DNA of 64,000 nt from an uncultured Bacteroidales bacterium (GTDB lineage: Bacteria; Bacteroidota; Bacteroidia; Bacteroidales; Muribaculaceae). This document shows positions 49,644 through 59,345 of the stretch, piece by piece. The notes beneath the pieces are model-generated. The model was not told where the DNA came from. It worked only from the letters and a program-made list of their open reading frames with translations, and made no database searches. The stretch covers positions 5,264 to 69,263 of the forward strand of contig UQDU01000007.1 of NCBI GenBank assembly GCA_900539915.1, written 5' to 3'. Position 1 is the stretch's first letter; the number at the start of each line of letters is the position of its first letter. The translations under genes and the position numbers were made by a program.

Positions 49644-49688
49644 CAAAAAGAGAGTCAGGGGCGACGCATGACGCGCCGCCCCTGACAG
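49644..49688 (-). terminator. rho-independent terminator downstream of rpsA
   Basis: On the minus strand: GTCAGGGGCGgcgcgtcatgcgtCGCCCCTGAC followed by TCTCTTTTTGC. Confidence 0.8.
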
Positions 49689-49711
49689 GGTATGAAATCT
49701 CTTGCGTAAGA

Positions 49712-51505
49712 TTACTTGTTTTCGAGCTTCTCCTTGAGAGCTGCGAGAGCTTCGAGGTCGCCGAGGGTAGTCTTTTCAAGGGGAGCGTTGAGAGCGGGAG
49801 CCTCTTCCTCACGCTTGGCGCGGGGAGCTGCTGCACGCTTCTGACGACGCTGTTCGCCACGCTCAGTACGCTGCTCGTCTTCGAAGATGCGGCTGTGGCT
49901 GAGGATGATGCGCTTGCTGTCCTTGTTGAATTCGATTACCTTGAAGTCGAGCTTCTCGTCGAGCTTGGCCTGTGAGCCGTCCTCCTTCTGGAGGTGCTTG
50001 GGAGTAGCGAAGCCTTCAACGCCGTAGGGGAGGGCGATTACGGCACCCTTCTCTACCATCTCTACGATGGTACCCTCGTGTACAGAGCCAACGGTGAAGA
50101 TGGTCTCAAATACATCCCAGGGATTCTCCTCGAGCTGCTTGTGGCCGAGTGAGAGACGACGGTTCTCCTTGTCGATTTCGAGAACCTGCACATCGATGTC
50201 GGCACCGATCTGGGTGAACTCGCTGGGGTGCTTGATTTTCTTGGTCCAGCTGAGGTCGCTGATGTGGATGAGGCCGTCAACGCCCTCTTCGATTTCAACG
50301 AACACGCCGAAGTTGGTGAAGTTACGCACGCGGGCAGTGTGCTTGCTGCCTACGGGGTAACGCACTTCGATGTCTTCCCAGGGATCTTTCTTGAGCTGCT
50401 TGATGCCGAGGCTCATCTTGCGGTCCTCGCGGTCAAGTGTCAGGATGACAGCCTCAACCTCGTCGCCGACCTTCATGAAGTCGTTGGCAGAGCGGAGGTG
50501 CTGGCTCCATGACATTTCGCTCACGTGGATGAGGCCTTCGACGCCGGGTGCGATTTCAACGAATGCACCGTAGTCAGCCATAACCACTACGCGGCCCTTA
50601 ACCTTGTCGCCGACCTTGAGGTTTTCGTCAAGGGCGTTCCAGGGATGGGGCTGGAGCTGCTTGAGACCGAGGGCGATGCGCTTCTTCTCGTCGTCGAAGT
50701 CGAGGATAACGACATTGAGCTTCTGGTCGAGCTGCACAACCTCTTCGGGATGGCTTACGCGGCCCCAGCTGAGGTCTGTGATATGGATGAGACCGTCAAC
50801 ACCGCCGAGGTCGATGAATACGCCGTAGGTGGTGATGTTCTTGACGGTACCCTCGAGTACCTGGCCCTTCTCGAGCTTGGAGATGATCTCGCGCTTCTGC
50901 TGCTCGAGCTCTGCCTCGATGAGAGCCTTGTGGCTTACGACCACGTTGCGGAACTCAGAGTTGATCTTGACAACCTTGAACTCCATGGTCTTGCCTACAA
51001 ACATGTCATAGTCACGGATGGGCTTGACGTCGATCTGGCTGCCGGGGAGGAATGCCTCGATGCCGAGCACGTCAACAATCATACCGCCCTTGGTGCGGCA
51101 CTTGATGAAGCCCTTGATGATTTCGTCCTTCTCGAGGGCCTCGTTGATGCGCTCCCATGCACGGGCGGCGCGGGCCTTGCGGTGAGAAAGGATGAGTTGA
51201 CCCTTCTTGTCTTCCTGGTTCTCGATGAACACTTCTACAGTGTCGCCGACCTTGAGGTCAGGATTGTAGCGGAATTCGCTGATGGGGATGATGCCGTCGC
51301 TCTTGTAGCCGATGTTAACCACAGCCTCACGCTTGTTGAGGGCGATGATGGTACCTTCGATTACATCCTTGTCCTTGACGGTGTTAAGGCTCTCGTCATA
51401 GGTGCGGGTGAGCTCTTCGCGTGATTTTTCTCCCTGGGTTTCGCCCTTTTCAAAGGCATCCCAGTCGAAGTCTTCGATTGGAGAATTTTTTACTTCTTCA
51501 GTCAT
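49712..51505 (-). CDS. rpsA: 30S ribosomal protein S1
   Basis: 597 aa with six S1 domains and an acidic N-terminus. Confidence 0.9.
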   Translation of the reverse strand: MTEEVKNSPIEDFDWDAFEKGETQGEKSREELTRTYDESLNTVKDKDVIEGTIIALNKREAVVNIGYKSDGIIPISEFRYNPDLKVGDTVEVFIENQEDKKGQLILSHRKARAARAWERINEALEKDEIIKGFIKCRTKGGMIVDVLGIEAFLPGSQIDVKPIRDYDMFVGKTMEFKVVKINSEFRNVVVSHKALIEAELEQQKREIISKLEKGQVLEGTVKNITTYGVFIDLGGVDGLIHITDLSWGRVSHPEEVVQLDQKLNVVILDFDDEKKRIALGLKQLQPHPWNALDENLKVGDKVKGRVVVMADYGAFVEIAPGVEGLIHVSEMSWSQHLRSANDFMKVGDEVEAVILTLDREDRKMSLGIKQLKKDPWEDIEVRYPVGSKHTARVRNFTNFGVFVEIEEGVDGLIHISDLSWTKKIKHPSEFTQIGADIDVQVLEIDKENRRLSLGHKQLEENPWDVFETIFTVGSVHEGTIVEMVEKGAVIALPYGVEGFATPKHLQKEDGSQAKLDEKLDFKVIEFNKDSKRIILSHSRIFEDEQRTERGEQRRQKRAAAPRAKREEEAPALNAPLEKTTLGDLEALAALKEKLENK

Positions 51506-51677
51506 TTAAAAGTTAATAAAACAGGGTTAATTAAATTGGAGTGCATCGGCGGCAGTGGACACACTGCTGCATGATGCGGTGCAAAGGTAGTGATTTTTTG
51601 TCAATTACACTTAGAGAAAACATCACTAAATCACAAAAAAATCACTAAATTAGCATCCTGAATAATCTGACCGATAT

Positions 51678-52115
51678 ATGAACGATATGCCCGGCGAATG
51701 GTGGACTGCCCCCACCGAAAGCGAGTCAGGCCGCCTGATCATGGTGACCGGACGCGATGATGTAGACAAGTTCCGTGACAATCCGCGCTTCAGCATCCGC
51801 GTGGAGGTGAGCTGGAAATATGAAGGCGATGCCTCAGGCATGCCTATGGCCGGGGATTCGGCCATGATGGAGGAGGTGACCGACCGCCTCGCCGAGGCTT
51901 TCCGCAAGGACCCGGTAGCTGTGATGACCGGCATCTATACCGGCGACGACCGCCGCGACTGGATATTCTACACACTCAGCGTCCATATCTTCGGACGCAA
52001 GCTCAATGAGGCCTTGGCAGACCTGCCGCTGCTGCCTCTGACCGTCTACACCGAAAACGACCCCGGCTGGGACGAATACGCCGAGATGTCACAGGCGCGT
52101 GTCGACATCTCGTGA
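51678..52115 (+). CDS. DUF695-family hypothetical protein
   Basis: 145-aa soluble protein with coding-like composition and a clean terminator downstream. Confidence 0.5.
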   Translation: MNDMPGEWWTAPTESESGRLIMVTGRDDVDKFRDNPRFSIRVEVSWKYEGDASGMPMAGDSAMMEEVTDRLAEAFRKDPVAVMTGIYTGDDRRDWIFYTLSVHIFGRKLNEALADLPLLPLTVYTENDPGWDEYAEMSQARVDIS

Positions 52116-52213
52116 CATTGCGTGGCTGTATGGGAGCCTGCCCGCGGCAACGCCTCCTGTCAGACCCAGTCCATGAAATCAGTGGTGTCGGTGTCGGGGG
52201 CTTCTTTTTTTCC

Positions 52214-52262
52214 AACATCATCGACAGATGATGTTTTTCTTTTTTTTTATTTTTATTTTCTT
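52214..52262 (+). terminator. rho-independent terminator downstream of the DUF695 gene
   Basis: AACATCATC-gaca-GATGATGTT followed by a long T-rich run. Confidence 0.75.
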
Positions 52263-52272
52263 TCCTTTGTGG

Positions 52273-52375
52273 CATTTCTTCCGACTTAATGGGGGTTTCT
52301 TCCGACTTAACCCCGGTTTCTTCCGACTTAATGGGGGTTTCCTCCGACTAAACCCCGGTTTCTTCCGACTTAATT
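52273..52375. repeat. five direct tandem repeats of about 20-22 bp (TTTCTTCCGACTTAA alternating with GGGGG and CCCCGG), iteron-like
   Basis: GGGGGTTTCTTCCGACTTAA alternating with CCCCGGTTTCTTCCGACTTAAT across 52273-52375. Confidence 0.85.
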
Positions 52376-52765
52376 CTTGCGATGCGGATTGAGGCGGTCG
52401 GCTCTCTTTAGGCTCGAGTGTCGGATGACTGTATTATATAGCGAGAGGGCACCGGAGCTGGTTGCCAGTCCGATGCCCTCTGTGTAGCTACCACACCAAA
52501 GGATGCGATGAAACTCCGAATGACAGGATTTGAGTGCTCGCCGTCCTTTGTAATCCTCCGTGGCCCTGAGGCCAACCCTTGTGGGTGAGGCCCGCCATTG
52601 GGCGGTTACGCTTTGTCTCGGTATTTCAGAAAAATTTGATGAGTTTCCCAATCTACTTTGATGTGGCGTTTATCTTGATAACACAAAGATATGCGTTTTG
52701 GTTGAATTATCCAATTTTTGGATGAAAAAACATCTGAAAAGCTGCGGTTTCGGCTGTCAGAGGTG

Positions 52766-53185
52766 TCATTCTTTGGTCGGGTCAATCACAAAGTCCTCCT
52801 TTATGAGTGTTGTCAGATTGATAGGTGGCACTATAAACTGGCTGAACGGTGTGCCTTCAGTCTTGCAGAACATGATGCCGCGTGTGACGCCTACTGTCTG
52901 ATTGGCGAAGAAGCCAAGCTCGTCTTTGGTGATGGTCAGCGGCCCTTTTTCGGCGCGGCTGTCCCAGTCGCCCGGCTCTATGTCAAACTCGCATGACACT
53001 CCGAGCTTGAGGAATGGCTTGTCTTCGTTGACAAACTCTATGGCGAAGTCGCATGCGATGCGTTTCGCATCGGTTGCGGCTTTGAATCCAAGCCCTATGG
53101 AGTAGGATATGCCATCGGAAGGAGCCGTGTCGGCCAATATGGCAAATTGGCTGACATTTATTTTGGCCATTCTAAATTTAATCAT
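52766..53185 (-). CDS. hypothetical protein, third gene of the toxin-antitoxin-like operon
   Basis: 139 aa from MIKFRMAKINV, with an ATGA overlap with the stop of the XRE gene. The track ORF extends further upstream. No recognisable motif. Confidence 0.5.
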   Translation of the reverse strand: MIKFRMAKINVSQFAILADTAPSDGISYSIGLGFKAATDAKRIACDFAIEFVNEDKPFLKLGVSCEFDIEPGDWDSRAEKGPLTITKDELGFFANQTVGVTRGIMFCKTEGTPFSQFIVPPINLTTLIKEDFVIDPTKE

Positions 53186-53589
53186 GCTGCTTCGTAATCT
53201 GATTTCGTAGAGACAGGCTGATATTGCTCTTCGCTGGTGAATCGCGCTGTCTCGGTGCTGAGGAATGTGTTGTAATTGACGGTGCGCCATTTCGGGCTGA
53301 TGTATTGGCGGCGATGGTCTTCGTTTATGACCTCATTGAGTGGCTGGAAGTCGATTTTGGGGACGACGCCAAATGCCAAAGCCAGTTCGACCAGCTTGGA
53401 GAGCTTATGGTCGTAATCACCGTTGAGAAGTTGAGATACATAACCTTTGCTTACACCGAGATGCTTGGCCAGGTCTGTGCGGTTCATGCCGTTGGCCTGC
53501 ATGAAATCTTCGGCACAGTTAAACAGGTCAATCTGTGTCTTGGCTATCCAATATTCGGGCGAACTTAAGATTTCCTTACGGTTATTCAT
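53182..53589 (-). CDS. XRE-family helix-turn-helix transcriptional regulator (HigA-like antitoxin candidate)
   Basis: 135 aa with a classic Cro/C1 HTH (MNRTDLAKHLGVSKGYVSQLLNG). ATGA overlap with the upstream toxin ORF. Confidence 0.8.
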   Translation of the reverse strand: MNNRKEILSSPEYWIAKTQIDLFNCAEDFMQANGMNRTDLAKHLGVSKGYVSQLLNGDYDHKLSKLVELALAFGVVPKIDFQPLNEVINEDHRRQYISPKWRTVNYNTFLSTETARFTSEEQYQPVSTKSDYEAA

Positions 53590-53974
53590 ATCGCATTATC
53601 TTTAGGGAAGTCCTTAATCAGGGACTTCAACAGTTTAATGTCTTTCTTTTGTGAGCCTTTAAAGCCTCCGACTACTATATAGATGTCAGGCTTTTGTTTG
53701 ATGACGTAGACTCTTAATCGGTCTTTCTTAAATTCAAACAGATCGTTTCTCCGGGAGTCTTCGATATGATTGAATTTTGTCGACGGAAAGCGTTTGCCGT
53801 CGGTCAGATTGTCCATGTAAGCAATGATGTAGCTGTACAGCTTGCTGTCAGCTACGTTTTTGCTTATTCATCGAGAAACTGGTCAAATTGGCAAACTCCA
53901 TCGACGTAGAGCTTATAGAATTTGTATTGAGGATTGTTTACGTCCTCGTATGGTTTTGTCTCATAATCGCTCAT
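53586..53974 (-). pseudogene. Gp49/HigB-like (RelE/ParE superfamily) toxin gene disrupted by a frameshift and premature stop
   Basis: 5' ORF 53974-53864 encodes MSDYETKPYEDVNNPQYKFYKLYVDGVCQFDQFLDE and stops. A different frame continues ISKNVADSKLYSYIIAYMDNLTDGKRF...RLRVYVIKQKPDIYIVVGGFKGSQKKDIKLLKSLI. Restoring one A in GAT GAA (A)TA AGC gives a single protein of about 125 aa. Confidence 0.6.
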
Positions 53975-54177
53975 TTTGTTAAACCGGCGAGAAATTATCT
54001 CGAATGGTCTGCAAATGTAGCGTTAGTTTACGAGTAAAACAAGGAAAAACGCCCAAAAGTTTAGTTAGAACTAAACTTTGTGCATATATGATAATATGGG
54101 GCGTATGTGAATGCCCCGATACACTGAGTGGATGGAGGGTGAAATATGGCTGCCGGTTGCAGGGTCTCCGGGAGAGG

Positions 54178-55140
54178 TCAGTTGAGGCGGTAGAAGGCGT
54201 GGCCGAGGAGGCGGAGCACTGTGGGGCCGAGGTAGCTGACTGCGGCTGCGGCGCGGTTGCGCCAGCGCACTGAGCCGTTGGCTATGGTGGCGCGGCGCAG
54301 TCGGCGGATTTCGGTCCAGCATAGGTTGGCCATGGTGTGGCGCTGGTGGTTGCAGCAGAGTGCATACATGTTGAAGCATGCGCTGAGGCGGCGGTCACGG
54401 GCTGCGGCGAGCAGCGAGGGATTGTTGCGCGAGGCTGCATCGGCCTCGATCCATTCGGTCACGCGGAGCACATCCAGACGCTTTTCGTCCCACAGGCTCA
54501 TCGCGCTGTCGGGGTTGCGGCGGTAGAGATAGAGGGTGCGGTGGGTGAGAGCTACCTGGTTGACGCGGTGAAACAGGCGGTAGTTGAAATCCAGGTCCTC
54601 GTAGTAGAGGTTTTCCTTGAATCGGATGTCGCCTATGGCCGAGCGGCGGTAGAGCCGTCCCCACGGCGAGGAGATGAAGCCGGTGCGGTAGAGCATTATT
54701 TTGTTGGCCAGTTCGGCTCCTATGACGGTGTGCCTCTCCGAAGGGTCGGCGGCATAGTGGGGCGACATGGACGCATCGCGGAAGTAGCGGCCTATGGTAA
54801 TGTCGACCGACGGCCCCATGAGGGTCAGCAGATGGGGGAGCGCGCCGGGCATCAGCATGTCGTCGGCATCCACGAAAGCTATGTATTCGCCCGTGCTTGC
54901 GTCTATGCCTGTGTTACGCGCACCGCCGCAGCAGCGGTTTTGCTGGCAGATGACCCTTATGCGCGGGTCGGTTTCGGCATAAGCGCGGGCTATGACGGGG
55001 GTGTCGTCCGTGCTGCCGTCGTCGACCACGATTATCTCCTTTATTACATCCTCCTGCCCGGTGAGCACACTGTCAAGGCATTGCGACAGATACCGCTGGT
55101 TGTTATAGACAGGGATTATGACCGAAATGCTTGCTTCCAT
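54178..55140 (-). CDS. family 2 glycosyltransferase
   Basis: 320 aa with the GT-A N-terminal domain (SVIIPVYNNQRYLSQCLDSVL...VVDDGSTDDT...DADD). Confidence 0.85.
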   Translation of the reverse strand: MEASISVIIPVYNNQRYLSQCLDSVLTGQEDVIKEIIVVDDGSTDDTPVIARAYAETDPRIRVICQQNRCCGGARNTGIDASTGEYIAFVDADDMLMPGALPHLLTLMGPSVDITIGRYFRDASMSPHYAADPSERHTVIGAELANKIMLYRTGFISSPWGRLYRRSAIGDIRFKENLYYEDLDFNYRLFHRVNQVALTHRTLYLYRRNPDSAMSLWDEKRLDVLRVTEWIEADAASRNNPSLLAAARDRRLSACFNMYALCCNHQRHTMANLCWTEIRRLRRATIANGSVRWRNRAAAAVSYLGPTVLRLLGHAFYRLN

Positions 55141-55450
55141 GACCCTGCAAAATTAATCTATTTATCTTTACGATGCAATAAGCTGCTTGCAACACCTCCT
55201 GACAATCAACCCCCATAAGCAGGGATGCACAGTATAAATGGGCACATCGGCGATGTGCTGGCTGTGCGTAACCCCATGCACGGCTGGCACGTCTCCGACG
55301 TGCCCTCCCTCGCTTGCATCTCTTAAGTTAGTTACACACCTGCTTGTAATCAGGCCATATATGTGATGGGCACCCTGTCTCTCGTGGCGGAGAGGCGGGG
55401 TGCCCATGCTTCTTGGTTAGTGATATCTTAGATTAGAGAAGCGTCGAGGT

Positions 55451-56788
55451 TTAGATTATGCCTTGTCCCATCATGGCGTTGGCTACCTTCATGAAGCCAG
55501 CGATATTTGCCCCTTTCATATAGTTGATGTAGCCGTCAGGCTCGGTGCCGTATTTGACGCACTGTTCGTGGATGGACTTCATAATGAAATGGAGTTTCTG
55601 GTCTACCTCCTCCGCTGACCACTGGAGGTGCATGGCGTTCTGGCTCATCTCGAGGCCTGAAGTGGCCACACCGCCGGCGTTTACAGCCTTGCCGGGAGCA
55701 TAGGTGGTGTGGCTGGCGATAAACGTGTCGATGGCTTCGGGCGTACAACCCATGTTGGATACTTCGGCCACCATGAGCACGCCGTTGTCCACGAGCTGGC
55801 GTGCGTCGTTGCCGTCAAGCTCGTTCTGGGTGGCGCAGGGGAGGGCTATGTCGACCTTCTGCTCCCAAGGCTTCTTGCCGGGGAAGAATTTTGCGCCCGG
55901 GAATTTCTCGGCATAAGGCTCTACGATGTCATCGCCTGTGGCGCGGAGATAGAGCATATAGTCTATTTTCTCAGCGTTGAGGCCGTCGGGGTCATAGATG
56001 TAGCCGTCGGGACCGGAGATGGTCACCACTTTCGCGCCCAGCTCGGTGGCTTTCTTGGCTGCGCCCCAGGCCACGTTGCCGAAGCCCGATATGGCCACTA
56101 CCTTGCCCTTGATGTCGTCGCCTTTCTTGGCGAGCATGCTCTGCACGAAGTAGAGAGCACCGTAGCCGGTGGCCTCGGGACGTATCAGCGAGCCGCCGAA
56201 GTCAAGACCCTTGCCGGTGAATGCGCCGTCGTGGCGGTCGACGAGCTGCTTGTACATGCCGAACATGTAGCCCACTTCGCGTCCGCCTACGCCGATGTCG
56301 CCGGCAGGCACATCGCGGTCAGGGCCGAGGTTTTTCCAAAGCTGGAGTATGAAAGCCTGGCAGAAGCGCATGATTTCAGCTTCGCTCTTACCGCGAGGCG
56401 AGAAGTCACTGCCGCCTTTGCCGCCGCCCATGGGGAGGGTGGTAAGGGCGTTTTTGAAAGTCTGCTCGAAACCGAGGAATTTGAGAATCGAAAGGTTGAC
56501 CGATGCGTGGAATCGGATGCCGCCCTTGTACGGACCTATGGCCTTGTTGAACTGTACGCGGTAGCCGAGGTTGGTCTGCACCTCGCCTTTGTCGTCGACC
56601 CATGTCACGCGGAATGTGATGATGCGGTCGGGTTCCACCATGCGTTCGATAATGCGTGCCTTCTCAAATTCGGGATGTTCGTTGTAGACATCCTGCACGC
56701 ACATCAATACTTCTTTGACTGCCTGGAGATATTCTTTTTCGCCAGGGTGTTTTGCCTCAAGGGCACTCATGATATTGTTTATATCCAT
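55451..56788 (-). CDS. gdhA: NADP-specific glutamate dehydrogenase
   Basis: The start is taken at MDINNIMSALEAK. It has the GGGKGG catalytic-lysine motif region and an NAD(P)-binding Rossmann domain. Confidence 0.9.
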   Translation of the reverse strand: MDINNIMSALEAKHPGEKEYLQAVKEVLMCVQDVYNEHPEFEKARIIERMVEPDRIITFRVTWVDDKGEVQTNLGYRVQFNKAIGPYKGGIRFHASVNLSILKFLGFEQTFKNALTTLPMGGGKGGSDFSPRGKSEAEIMRFCQAFILQLWKNLGPDRDVPAGDIGVGGREVGYMFGMYKQLVDRHDGAFTGKGLDFGGSLIRPEATGYGALYFVQSMLAKKGDDIKGKVVAISGFGNVAWGAAKKATELGAKVVTISGPDGYIYDPDGLNAEKIDYMLYLRATGDDIVEPYAEKFPGAKFFPGKKPWEQKVDIALPCATQNELDGNDARQLVDNGVLMVAEVSNMGCTPEAIDTFIASHTTYAPGKAVNAGGVATSGLEMSQNAMHLQWSAEEVDQKLHFIMKSIHEQCVKYGTEPDGYINYMKGANIAGFMKVANAMMGQGII

Positions 56789-57018
56789 ATTCGTTAAGGT
56801 GTTAAATATGAATGTGTTGTGTGTAAAGTTTTTCAGGTATGGCAAACGTCGGTTTGCTGACATCAAATGTAAGGGAAAAAATTATGAAAATCGGTTTTTG
56901 AGACTTAAAATTTGTTAATGTAAAATGCGGCTCTCTTTTTGCATGCTGATGTTTTCGCATGAAGTCGTGGCCGTGGGGCGGTTACTTTGCGGATGTAACT
57001 CAAAAACAACGTGATAAA

Positions 57019-57450
57019 ATGATGAGAAATATTTCGCTTATCGTGGTGCACTGCACCGCCGGGCGCCAGACCCAGAGCGCTGCCGACATAGTCCGTTACC
57101 ACACATTGCCACGCCGACAGGGCGGATTGGGATGGAGCACACCCGGCTACCATTACATAGTGGAGCCGTCGGGGTTTGTTGCGCAGATTGTGCCCGATCG
57201 GGAGATAGCCAACGGCGTCAAGGGACATAACGGAAACTCGATACATGTGGCTTATATCGGTGGCGTGGATGCCTCGCGCCCCGGGCTGCCTCCGCTTGAC
57301 AACCGCACCGAGGCCCAGAAACGCAGTCTGCGCGAACTCCTGCAGCGGCTCAGGAAGCTGTATCCGTCGGCGCGTATTGTAGGCCACCGCAATCTGGCGC
57401 GTAAAGCGTGTCCGAGTTTCGACGCCAAGAAGGAGTATGCTGACATATGA
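57019..57450 (+). CDS. N-acetylmuramoyl-L-alanine amidase (Amidase_2/AmpD-like)
   Basis: LIVVHCTAG...GYHYIV...HVAYIGG...ARIVGHRNLARKACPSF. The start could instead be at 56959. Confidence 0.75.
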   Translation: MMRNISLIVVHCTAGRQTQSAADIVRYHTLPRRQGGLGWSTPGYHYIVEPSGFVAQIVPDREIANGVKGHNGNSIHVAYIGGVDASRPGLPPLDNRTEAQKRSLRELLQRLRKLYPSARIVGHRNLARKACPSFDAKKEYADI

Positions 57451-57490
57451 CTGACCGTAAAAGATTAAACACCCTATAAAAGATTAGAAG

Positions 57491-58000
57491 ATGAGAAAGA
57501 AAATACTGTATTTCGGACTCGGGTTGCTGACCGGCGGCATCGTCGCGGTCATGTCGATGCAGCGCAGACCCTTGCGGCCAATGCAGCCGCAGCTCCGCGC
57601 CGTGCTGTCCGTTGTGCGCGATACCGTAGTAGTGACTGAGCCACGGATGACGCAGCAGCGCAAACTGGCGGCGAAGAAGCCCGAAGCGGCGGCGGATACG
57701 GCGATATGCAGCCCTGCACAGGCTGATACGTCAGCTGCCTATGTGCAGCGCATATATGAAGGGGAGGATTATAAGGCGTGGGTCAGCGGCATCGACCCTG
57801 AGCTTGACTCCATAGCCGTCTACCGCCTGTCGGCTGTGTCGGCCGCGACGGAAGCGCATGGAGCTGCGCCCAATATGCAGCCTGGAAACCGTGGCGACAA
57901 GCGTTGGCATCTCGGCGTGTTTGCCGGATGCGCCGTTACTCCGCGAGGGGTGGAGCCGGCCATAGGAGCGGGCATTTCTTACTCCTTTTGCTCCTGGTGA
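57491..58000 (+). CDS. hypothetical protein with N-terminal TM/signal anchor
   Basis: 169 aa, Ala-rich with coding-like composition. It lies between the amidase gene and dxr. Confidence 0.45.
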   Translation: MRKKILYFGLGLLTGGIVAVMSMQRRPLRPMQPQLRAVLSVVRDTVVVTEPRMTQQRKLAAKKPEAAADTAICSPAQADTSAAYVQRIYEGEDYKAWVSGIDPELDSIAVYRLSAVSAATEAHGAAPNMQPGNRGDKRWHLGVFAGCAVTPRGVEPAIGAGISYSFCSW

Positions 58001-58062
58001 GTCTGACGATGGTTGATATTTCCCTCAAAACTATTAATTTTGTGTCATAATCTTGCTCCATC

Positions 58063-59229
58063 ATGAAAAATATAGCTGTACTGGGCAGTACCGGTTCTAT
58101 CGGCACCCAGACCCTTGACATTGTGCGCCGTCATCCTGACCGCTTTGCCGTCAAGCTGCTTTCGGCGGGGCGGCGTGTGGACGACCTCATAGCCCAGGCC
58201 CGCGAGCTGCGTCCGTCCATGGCGATAATAGCCGATGAAAGTCTGTATCCGCGGTTGCGCGACGCATTGCAGCCTCTCGGCATAGAGACGGCAGCCGGCG
58301 CACAGGCCCTCGCCGATGCCATGGACCGCGACGATTTCTCCACTGTGGTGACTGCCACTGTGGGTTATAGCGGTCTTGCTCCCACCATCCGCGCCATACG
58401 CTCAGGCAAGGACATCGCTCTGGCCAACAAGGAGACCCTTGTGGTGGCCGGGGAACTTGTCACAGGTCTGCTCAGACAGTCGGAGTCAAAGGTCTACCCC
58501 GTAGACAGCGAGCACTCTGCCATATACCAGTGTCTGCGCGGAGAGGACACCGCCGCTGTGGAGAGGCTGATTATCACGGCGTCAGGCGGCCCGTTCCGCA
58601 CTTTTGCGGCCGACAAGCTCGCCTCCGTCACCGTCGAGGATGCCCTGCGTCATCCTAACTGGAACATGGGTGCCAAGATTACCATCGACTCCGCTACCAT
58701 GCTCAACAAGGCCTTTGAGATAATCGAGGCGCACTGGCTGTTTGGCATCGCCCCGGAACGCATAGTGGCCCTGGTGCATCCGCAGAGCATCGTGCACTCT
58801 ATGGTGGAATTTGTCGACGGCGGTGTCAAGGCGCAGCTCGGCGTGCCCGACATGCGGCTCCCTATCAGTTATGCCCTCGGCGAGACCGAGCGCATGTATC
58901 TGCCGGGGCGTCTCACGCTTGAGCAGTATGCCTCTATGACGTTCGAGAAGCCTGACACGGGGCGTTTCCCGTGTCTGACGCTCGCCCATCGCTGTCTGGA
59001 GCGTGGCGGCAACATGGCTTGTGTGGTCAATGCCGCCAATGAGGTGGCCGTGGCCGCGTTCTTGTCAGGGAGGCTGAGGTTTGTCGACATATATCCGCTG
59101 CTGGAGGAGACCATAGGCCGGGTGGAGGCCATAGCCGCCCCCGACTACAGCCAGCTGGTGGCCACCAATGCCGAGGCGAGAGCCGTGGCGGCGGACCTCG
59201 TGGAGCGGTATGCACGGGGCGCAAAATGA
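58063..59229 (+). CDS. dxr: 1-deoxy-D-xylulose-5-phosphate reductoisomerase
   Basis: 388 aa. N-terminal NADPH-binding motif LGSTGSIG plus conserved Dxr central and C-terminal domains. Confidence 0.9.
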   Translation: MKNIAVLGSTGSIGTQTLDIVRRHPDRFAVKLLSAGRRVDDLIAQARELRPSMAIIADESLYPRLRDALQPLGIETAAGAQALADAMDRDDFSTVVTATVGYSGLAPTIRAIRSGKDIALANKETLVVAGELVTGLLRQSESKVYPVDSEHSAIYQCLRGEDTAAVERLIITASGGPFRTFAADKLASVTVEDALRHPNWNMGAKITIDSATMLNKAFEIIEAHWLFGIAPERIVALVHPQSIVHSMVEFVDGGVKAQLGVPDMRLPISYALGETERMYLPGRLTLEQYASMTFEKPDTGRFPCLTLAHRCLERGGNMACVVNAANEVAVAAFLSGRLRFVDIYPLLEETIGRVEAIAAPDYSQLVATNAEARAVAADLVERYARGAK

Positions 59230-59345
59230 ACAATAATAGCATTTTATGAATTTTTTTTGCTCGCCGTTGTCGGGAGATTGAAAAAAAAGTGCGATATTTG
59301 CACCTGCATTCAATTCAACATAAATAATCAGTTACATCACACACA

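Noticed and set aside
50525-51424. 299-aa plus-strand ORF inside rpsA
   Set aside because: Antisense to the ribosomal protein S1 gene. Asp/Glu/Leu/Val-rich artefact.
52400-52640. Checked the structured region for tmRNA, RNase P RNA, SRP RNA and tRNA signatures
   Set aside because: No tRNA-like 3' end (no TTCGAATCC/ACCA), no tag-peptide reading frame ending in AA-stop, and no P4-like conserved blocks. The element remains unclassified.
52370-52651. 93-aa minus-strand ORF (MGNSSNFSEIPRQ...) considered as a possible integrase C-terminal fragment
   Set aside because: No tyrosine-recombinase motifs (no R..HxxR...Y). The composition is low-complexity and Trp/Cys/Arg-rich. The region is more likely non-coding and possibly structured RNA; it is kept as a finding rather than a CDS.
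54004-54273. 89-aa plus-strand ORF (MVCKCSVSLRV...)
   Set aside because: Its 3' half overlaps the minus-strand GT2 gene, and it is Cys/Gly/Ala-rich. Probably spurious.
54337-55218. 293-aa plus-strand ORF covering the GT2 gene at 54178-55140
   Set aside because: Antisense to a GT2 gene with clear GT-A motifs.
55709-56797. 362-aa plus-strand ORF covering gdhA
   Set aside because: Antisense to glutamate dehydrogenase.
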